Shown: positions 55,901 through 64,000 of the stretch, one piece after another | How positions within the stretch are numbered: position 1 is the first letter of the stretch | How the letters are laid out: every line of letters starts with the position of its first letter | Source of the DNA: Cercozoa sp. M6MM | Taxonomy: Eukaryota > Protista > Endomyxa: Ascetosporea | Assembly: GCA_040357565.1 (NCBI GenBank) | Contig: JBDODJ010000052.1 | Reading direction: 5' to 3' (one strand) | Length of the DNA stretch: 64,000 nucleotides | Made by a program: the position numbers and the translations under genes | Notes under the pieces: model-generated | Told to the model about the DNA's origin: nothing | The model's database searches: none | Seen by the model: the letters and a program-made list of their open reading frames with translations, nothing else

Positions 55901-57956
55901 GGTCGGTCACGTTGGCAGCCATCGCAGTAACATGTGCTGCACGCAGCGAGTCAAGTTGCTCGCGCAGCTTCACTGCTTCCTCGAGCAGTTGCTTTCCTTC
56001 ACGCTGCGTGTACAGAGCACAGCACATCAGCTTCACCGCAAAGATCTTGTGACACAAGCTACCTCAAATGTCTCCAGTTGAGTCACGCGAGCTTTCGCTT
56101 CGGCAAGCTGCGCAGTCACCTCTTTGTTCGCACTCGTCGCAGCGAGCAGCTGCTCGTGCAGATCTCTTGCGGCAGCGCTGCGTTCTTGCAAGTCCGACTC
56201 GAGCGACTGCAACTTCGCCTGGGTTTCGTCGCGGTCCGCTTTCGCTTCGTCCAAAAGCTTTGCAAGCGACTCGTTCTCCGACTGCGACAAACGGAAAACT
56301 TTACGACTTTCGGTATTGTTCCAAGAGGCGAAAGCACCTCAACAGAAAGCAAACGACGCACTTCGGCATCGGCAACTTCCAATTTCGTAGAAAGCGCCTC
56401 ACGCTGCTGGTGTAATTTCGACTCCTCGCTTTGTGCAGTGTTAAGCTTCGCCTGCAAAACACAGCGTGAGACACGAAGCAACCCCAACGACGGAACCAAG
56501 TACCTGCAGGTCGTTAATGTCGTTTTCTTTCTCTCGCTCGGCAGCTTCAATTCGTTGCAAAGCTTCGTCTCTTTCGGCGATTGCACTTTCGAGCTTTTGT
56601 GTAACGTCACTCAGCTGCTTCTGTTTTAATTGAGTGTGTGAAATGAAAGAGAGTGATAAGGGCAGTTGACAATTCGAGTTAAGTCGGAGTTACATTGAGA
56701 TTTTCGAGTGCGCTGCTGTGAGCTTCTTGCTTTAACTGCAGTTGCTGTTGCGTCTCTGTTCGCTGCTTTTCGAACTCGTCGCGCTCTTTCCTCAGCTGAA
56801 GCAACTCTTGATTCAGAGACTGTGCTTTCGCTTCTGCACTCTGCAGTTGTGTTCGAAGCGTATCGCGCACTTGCTTAAGTTCCGCGACGGTGTTTTCGAG
56901 CTCTTTCGCCTGCGCCTCAGTTTCGCTTAAGTCACGGATTCGTGTTTCGGCCGACGCGAGTGCCGCTTCAACCTTCGCGTGCTTCGCCAAAAGCTGCGAA
57001 GCCGAAGTTCGCGCTGCTCGCAACTCGCTCTGCGTGAAGGCGACGGCTTCGTCGAGCGAGGCGGCGTGCGACTTCGCTTGCTGCAGCTGCGTCTTGAGGC
57101 GCTCGGTGTGACTGGCGTCTCCCACGGCGATCTGCTCGCGAAGCAGCAGCACCAGGCGCAGTGCTGCAAGATAGCAGTGAAAGCACAGCAGCGAAAGCAG
57201 AAAACAGTGAAAGCAGGTGGTGAAAGCAACAGTGAAAGCAGGTGGTGAAAGCAACAGTGAAAGCAGGTGGTGAAAGCAGGTGGTGAAAGCAACAGTGAAA
57301 GCATAACAGTGAAGGCATAACAGTTTAAAAAAGAATGACAGCGAGGATCAAACCAAAGTGACGCAGCTTGTGATCACACTCGAGCGGCGACTCGTCCGAA
57401 CCAGTTTCGCTGATGCGACGACACAACTCGTCGATTTCAGCGTTGAGTTTCTGCTGTCGCTCTTCCTTGAGCGGCTGCCCCGAGACGTCGACTTTCGCAC
57501 TCACGAGCGCACGAAACTCGCGTGCCACTTGCCTCAGCGAGATTCGCTCGTTCGCTGCATAGGCACGCAGCAGCGAGCTGCCCCACGCACACCCACACAC
57601 TCAATAATCGACAATGAAAGCAGCGAAATTTCGTTCAACCCATCCAACATACACTGCTTGCGTCGTGCGCTGCTGCGCATCGTTTTGCGCCTGTTGTGAG
57701 TCGCACAACGCTCGCTCCAAGCGCTCGATGCGGTGTCTTGACCGGTTCACCTCCTCTGAAGGCAACATAAATTGCCTCATAGAACTGGAAGCGATCAAGC
57801 GATCGAAATGATGTCCTCCTTACCTTCTTGCCTCTGCTGTTGCCGAGACTGCTGAGACGACCGCAACCGGTTAACGGCGCTAACCGCGGTGATGACAAAG
57901 ATGACGAGCACCCAGGCCGGGACTTGCGCCAACAATGACGCATCGCTTGCGTTCAT
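52915..57956 (-). CDS. N-terminal transmembrane anchor + long coiled coil + C-terminal GAS2/GAR-like domain protein
   Basis: N-terminus VPAWVLVIFVITAVSAV. Many E/Q/L/A-rich heptad exons. Spliced C-terminal segment LFDAVKK..ECP...FRFGERKCTIKWHGSENFTVVGQGHQLAQWLKRHGP. Confidence 0.7.
57170..57323. repeat. Intronic minisatellite of GTGAAAGCAGGTG / GTGAAAGCAACA units
   Basis: Directly visible tandem units. Confidence 0.9.
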
Positions 57957-58178
57957 ATTTGCACCAACCAGGGCCAAAGCAGGCGAGAGAACTCGTAGCG
58001 AGTTTCTGCCTCACTGGCCCACTAGCCACACTAAATTAATACCAGCACAAGTGCTCTTATGTTGACGCTGCCATGCGCGCCTTCTTTTTTGGAGCGCCGG
58101 AAAGCGCCTGAAAGAATAAACAATATTTTCACCAGACTGGCATAGATCGCGATCCGGTGTGTGTGCGTGGGCGAACTA

Positions 58179-59095
58179 ATGTCGGCGCAAGGGTCGAAAC
58201 AGTGGCGCGAGTTGGCCATCGGCGAGGTCGAGCAGCTGCTCCTCGCGCTGGCTCAGCCGGACACCAAGGTAAACGTGTTGTCGTTCAGTGTATCTCTAGT
58301 GTAGCTTCGATGTACTCTTCAGGCGCTGCGCAATGCGACGCTGGAGTTGATGTCGTACTTCCGCGACCCGCGTTCGACGGGCCCGGTGGCGCAGTTGCTG
58401 GCGCAGTCGTCGAACGACACGACGCGATGGCTGGCAGCGATCTACCTGCGTCGGCTGGTGTCGCGCCACTGGTCGGCGCTGAGCAAGCAGCCCGAGATGG
58501 TGGCGCAGCTGCGGCAACTCGCGCAGCAGCGCCTGGTGCAGGAGCAGCACGAGCCGCTGCGCCGTGCCGTGGCCGGCGTCGTGCACGCGCTGCTGCAGGT
58601 GGCGCTGCCGCTCGGCCAGTGGCATGAGGTGCTTGCGCTCATGTCGGAACATGGTACTTGTGCTTGGTTTCACATCTGTAGAGATTGACACGCGCTGTGT
58701 GTGTGTGTGCAGCTACGTCCAAGAACGTCGTGGACCGTCGTATCGCTCTGTTGCTGTGGCGCAACCTCGTGCAGACGAGCGGCCAGCATCTGCAGCAACT
58801 GCAGCTCGAGCAGCTGCAGGTACTCTCCTTGCCTAGCACCATGTTCTTGTGCTGACACACAGCGCACATACTGACTGACACTCTTCGTGTGCACAGGGTC
58901 TCTTTGCCTCGCGTCTGCAGGACGAGAGCGAGGACGTGAGCGTGCAGAGCGAGTGTCTGCGTGCCATCGGTGCGCTTATGCACTACTGGCCGATGGAGCG
59001 CGTGGCCTCGTTCCGTACCGTGGTGCCGACCATGATGGTAGATTATTTTGCACATCCATACCCTGCATATGCACACGTACGCACACACACACACA

Positions 59096-59151
<56 letters not shown>

Positions 59152-62100
59152 GACAAACCCGCCACTGGCAGGCCGTGTGCCAGCGCCGTCTGAACGCGGG
59201 CGACGCCGACGCCGCCGTGGTGGTGCTGGACGTGCTGGGCGAGCTGGCCAAGCACACGTCGGCCGTGCTGGCGCCCTACATGAGCGACATTGTGCACTTC
59301 ATGCTGCAGCTGATGGCGGCGCGCAACCTCGACATGGAGCTGCGCAGTAAGGCCGGCGGCTTCCTCGGCTTCCTGCTGCGTCACCAGAGCAACACGCTGC
59401 TCAAGAAGGCCGAGACGGCACACCAGGTCATGAGCGCGCTCTTCTCGACGGCCTTTGCCGTGCTCAACGAGCCCTACAACGATGACGACTTTTCCGACGA
59501 CGATGCCGTGCCGGGTGGTCTGGCTATTCGTCTCCTGGGCGATCTGGCCGACTACATGTCCAGCGAGGTCGTGTTCACCCCCATCGTGCAGCACCTGCTG
59601 CCGATCGCTCGCGGTGACAGCGGTGCTACGCCTCTGGTGTGTTGCACAACCTGCCTGCCTGCTGTGCTGCTGCGTGTTGTCACTACCTATCCTTGTAGGT
59701 GCGTGCCAACTCGCTGCTGGCACTCTCGGTTTGTGTGGAAGGTCTGGCCACGGACTTTTTCGAGCGGCCCGAGGCTTTGGACGCTACCATGAAGGTCATC
59801 CTCGGTTGTGCCGACGCGGGACAGCCGCAGCGTGTGCGTACGGCTGCTGCTGATGCCCTCCAGGTAGGCCTCTCTCCCCCCCCCCCCCTCTCTCTCTCTC
59901 TCTCTCTGCTAGGAATGCGCCTTCACCTGGGATACGTGTGCGGTGCAGGAGATGGTGACGCACATTGTGCCGGACGCGCTGACCTTCACGCCGCAGATCG
60001 TGCAGGTGCTGGTGCACTTCATGCGCGATGGCATGGCGTCTTTGGAGAGCGAGAACGGTCGCTCCTTGGTCAACACGGCATGCGCTGTGCTCGAGATGAT
60101 GGCGCAGTGCGAGATGCGCGACGAGGTGCCCGAACTGGCCGCGATGGACCCGCATGTGCCCTCCTTCGCGCAGGTACTTGTTCTTAAGTGCGCACATGCC
60201 TGTATCTGTGTTGGTGTCTATGTGTGTTCCCTACCTTTGTTCCACGAGTGCAGACTGCGCTGCAGCTGATCTCGCGCGGCTACCAGGGCGGCCCGGACCT
60301 CCTGTCGCAGGCCACGACGATGTGGGCCATCTCGATGCTGGGTGCGCTGTTCAAGCGCTACGGCAAGGCGCTCGACGACTCGCTGCTGCAGACCACTGTA
60401 CAGGTGACTCCCTTCCTCATGTGTCTGTGTCTGCGTCTGTGTCTGTCTGTGTGTCTGTGTCTGTGTCTGTGTCTGTGTGCAACTTATGTCTAACGTGTGC
60501 AACATAGGCCCTGGGAGCCGTGATGTCGCTGCCGGCGCCGACGGACAAGGAGGACGCCAGCGACGAACGCGACGTGACGCTGGACGCACGCGGCTCGGCC
60601 ATCGCGGCCATGGGCAACGTGGCGCTCGGCGTGGGCGGCGCGCGCTTCCAGCCCTTCCTGGAGGCCTCGGTGAAGACGGCGCTGCACACGCTCGAGCACG
60701 TGACGGACGACTTCAACCGCCGCTCGGCGTGCGAGTTCTTCTCGGTGCTGGCCGAGTTGTGCGGCGAGCAGCTGCCTGCGTTGCTCAAGTCCATCCCGGG
60801 TCTGTGCGAGGCGGCCGGTGTTCCGCCCTCGGTGCAGCACAGCGACGGCGGCTTTGTGCAGCGCCTGCTGCTGAGCGCGCACTCGATCGTGTCGGACGAG
60901 AGTGCCACCAACGTCGTGCGCGATGACGGCTTCGGCAATGCTGGCCTGCAGGAGCTTGGTGATCCCGACGTCGACTCGGACGAGGAGGCCGACGAGGACA
61001 CGGCTGGTGACGCACTCGAGTACGAGATCACGTACGCCAACCTGTCGCTGAAGACGACGGCCATCGCGCTGGTGAGCGACCTGGTGATGCACGCGCCGCA
61101 GTTCATGGCCGCCACGGCCAACGGCACGCTCATGGACATGGCACTCATGCTGTTCGCCGCCGAGGCCACGGGCAACCACGAGGACCTGCGCGATGCGGCC
61201 GCCAACGGCGTCATGCAGACGCTGCTGGCCGCCGTGCGCGTCGCGCAGCAGCAGAACGCTCTGCCGCGCTGCAGCGACAACGAGGACCGCTGCTGGTCGG
61301 TCGGTCAGTCGCCGGAGCAGCAGCTGCAGGCGTTCTCCAAGGTAGTCTCGTGTGCCATGTGTCCGACCGACTGTCTGTTCACATGCTGTGGTGTAGGCAC
61401 CCGAGAAGGTGCAGCAGTGGGTGACGTTGTGCATCAACACGGCACTGCAGGCCGTGTGTGTGGAAGACACGCGCGAGGTGGCGTCCACGTGGTTCACGGG
61501 CCTGTCGCTCATGGTGCTTAAGCTGGGCGCGCCGGTGCTCTCTGCCGAGGGCCACCTGGGCGTGCTGATGCGCCAGTTGCAGCTGTACTTTGAGCTGCGC
61601 GGTGCCTCGCAGTGGGACGAGGACGAGATCCACGACGACGGCCACGCCGACGCGTCGCAGCACAAGGTCAACCAGGACCCGGAAACGGCGCCACTGGACT
61701 CGTCGCGCCTCGGACTTCTGGCGCACCACCACGACACGGTGCTGGACGACGCGCTCGAGCTGCTGACCAACGTGGCCGCCGTGTTCGGCCCGGCCTTTGC
61801 GGCGCCCTTTGCCTCGCAGATGTTGTCGCGTCTGATGGCGCTGCTGCAGGCCGCGGCGCTGTCGGCCACGCGCTCGCAGGTCATTGGCGCGCTCGCGCAG
61901 TGTCTCACCTCGGCCAGTTGCATCAACCAGCTCGGTCTGGACGACTCGGCTCTTGTACACCTGATCACTTGTCTCTTCTTTGTGTCTACTGTAGTTTGTG
62001 TGTATGTGTGTGTTTCGAGCAGTTGCAGCGAGTGCCGGCCCCGGTACAGCAGCTGGCGCAGCAGTTGTACGAGGTCAGTGTGCAGTGCATCCAGCACAGT

Positions 62101-62840
62101 CTGTCGCAGAACTCGCGCGACGAGATGCGACCGCTCACGAACTCGCTCTTCCTGGCGTCAGCCTCGGTCTTTGCCGGCGGTGCCGCCTTCGCCGTTGCAC
62201 AGGCTCCTCAGCTCGCACCGTTGGTCAAGAAGGTACCAATTAAATACTACAAAAGTCACTGACTGCAGAGATACAAAGCACAGTGTAACCCTGTGTGCAG
62301 GCACTGGAGCAGTCCATGTCGCTGCGTGGCCAGGGCGTGCCGGATCTTATTGATGCCAAGGGCTCCGCCATTGTGGACGACAAGTTCCTGCAGTGCCGTG
62401 ACAACGCCGTCTCATGCGCAGCCTACCTGTGGCGTGCCGCCGTGTCAGCCGGCAACGTGCAGTCTCTGACGCAGTTGTTGCCGCTTGATTGGCTACTCAA
62501 CGAGCTCTACGTCATTGTCGACATGGAGGAACTACCGGGTGTGCTCACGTGTTTGATGCAACTCCTGCAGAAGCATAGCAATCTTATCTTGGTACCTGCT
62601 ATCTAAAATCCGCGGGATCGACACGCAATGTTATTATTTTTTATAAATATTTTGTAGCCAAACCACGCTGCTGCCGTGATTCGTCTGCTGGCCGGTGTGC
62701 TCGTGCTCCCGTTCGCCCCCGAGTCGCAAAAGAACATTGCGCGCGCTGCGTTGGACCAGCTGACCAAACAGGTGCCGGCAGCCGCTCAGGCGATGCAGCA
62801 GCTGCCGCAGTCATGGCACGCCAAGCTGCGCGGTCAGTAA
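58179..62840 (+). CDS. IPO4: Importin-beta family karyopherin, importin-4/Kap123-like
   Basis: IBN_N: VEQLLLALAQPDTKALRNAT...RWLAAIYLRRLVSRHW. HEAT repeats, acidic loop DPDVDSDEEADED and C-terminal RDNAVSC. Stop TAA ending 62840. Confidence 0.8.
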
Positions 62841-63583
62841 TTCATCCCGTGCGCATGCGATACGCAACAGCAACACTTTCGATTCGTTTTTGCCCCGCCA
62901 GTGCACGTGAATCTCACTGTACGACGCTACTGCATGGATTAGCTGCGCTCGTGTTACGGTGTGGAAACCAGTAAATTAAGGTATTGAAGACGACTAAATA
63001 AAGGAAGTAAAACGTCAGTTAGAGTGGCGTCGATGCGGAGGATGGAAGGCATACCCTTGTAGAAAAGGTCGTCGGAGGCTCGAAGGCCCGTTGATGGCAA
63101 TTAACGTAAAAAGAACAGCCCAAGCACTGCAGTCAAAGTGCGTGAGCTGTAGAAAGCTTGACCCGAGCTATGAAGTCAGGTCTAGCTAAACAAATCCTTC
63201 ACTATTAACCATACTAGTTCAGATTTGATCGTCCGCCCTGACGAGTAGTCTGATGACAACGACTGGGTGAGAAACTCTATGCCGTATCACTCGGCTACTG
63301 CTATCGGTCATGACCGTCATTCCACCACTCACAGTCAGTTGTGTCAGGTTGACTAGCGTAGTCCGCCGAGTAGGCCAGGCTGCTTTAGCGTCCGTAGTGT
63401 TGCCCGGCAACAGGAGCGTGCTAATCGAATAACCAGCCACTGCCAGTTGCAATAGTATAGTACCTGCGCGATACGATGGTACGGTAATCGAATTGATCCC
63501 GTTCCATCCACGTGCTGTCGTGCAACTTAGCTTTGCTGCATGCGCACGGAAAAAGTTTAGTTGATTATGAAATGCACGGCAGT

Positions 63584-64000
63584 CTAATCCTCGGTCGCGA
63601 TGCCTTCGAACTCGGCACGGAACTCGTCGCCCGACATGCCGCACGCCATCTGTGGTGACACAGGTCAAGTAAAATACACGCAGAGGAAGGAACTCAGGAG
63701 AGAAGGTACATGCATGTCGAAGAAGAGCTTCTCGTTGAGCAGGTCGTCCTTGCGAAGGTGCAGCATGTAGCGTCGTGCCACCTCGAAGGAGAGCGAGGTC
63801 GTGTCGACGCGGCGAATGGCAGTGCGTCGCTTGGCGTGGTCCACGAGACCGGCCAGTTCGATGCTGGACAGACGGTCGTCGTGCAGCACCACCATGTGGC
63901 CGCTCTGGCCCGAGTACAGCGTCTTTACGGCACCGTAGCCCTGCAGGGTAGGCAAGTGGGGTAGATAGCTAGATAGGGTAGGTAGGGACAGACGGACCAG
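63584..64000 (-). CDS. 3' end of a pyrophosphate-type (group II, short clade) phosphofructokinase; 5' part outside the window
   Basis: GYGAVKTLYSGQSGHMV...RTAIRRVDTTSLSFEVARRYMLHLRKDDL...MSGDEFRAEF* resembles the C-terminus of short-clade PPi-PFKs. Stop TAG at 63584. Confidence 0.7.

Noticed and set aside
63219-63668. 149-aa minus ORF after PFK
   Set aside because: It starts at a non-ATG codon inside an intron, is out of frame with the final PFK exon, and most likely represents 3'UTR or intergenic sequence.

Overview
Compact, intron-dense nuclear DNA of a eukaryote, probably a protist; the taxon cannot be assigned from this window. The supplied ORFs are mostly exon fragments or antisense shadows. 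Joining exons by hand across short GT-AG introns gives about 19 genes: clathrin heavy chain (5'-truncated), a SEL1-repeat protein, a WDR89-like WD40 protein, an RCC1-repeat + TBC Rab-GAP fusion, an orphan, Sec61beta, JMJD4, a fatty-acid hydroxylase/sterol desaturase, a second orphan, SDHA, a mitochondrial-type PIMT-like protein, a VPS9 GEF, an IQ-HECT E3 (UBE3C-like), an ankyrin protein, AMPK-gamma, a patatin, a TM-coiled-coil-GAR-like protein, importin-4, and the 3' end of a PPi-type phosphofructokinase. The most striking patterns are: (1) gene strand alternates at 17 of 18 junctions, giving head-to-head pairs with short shared promoters; (2) a ~150-bp dispersed non-coding element containing GACTAAATAAA lies in sense orientation just after stop codons in convergent gaps; (3) 5' splice sites are weak and mostly lack +5G; (4) one gene has introns filled with telomere-like G/C-skewed repeats. 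All gene models and family calls come from reading and motif recall, not database searches, so boundaries of poorly conserved genes are approximate.
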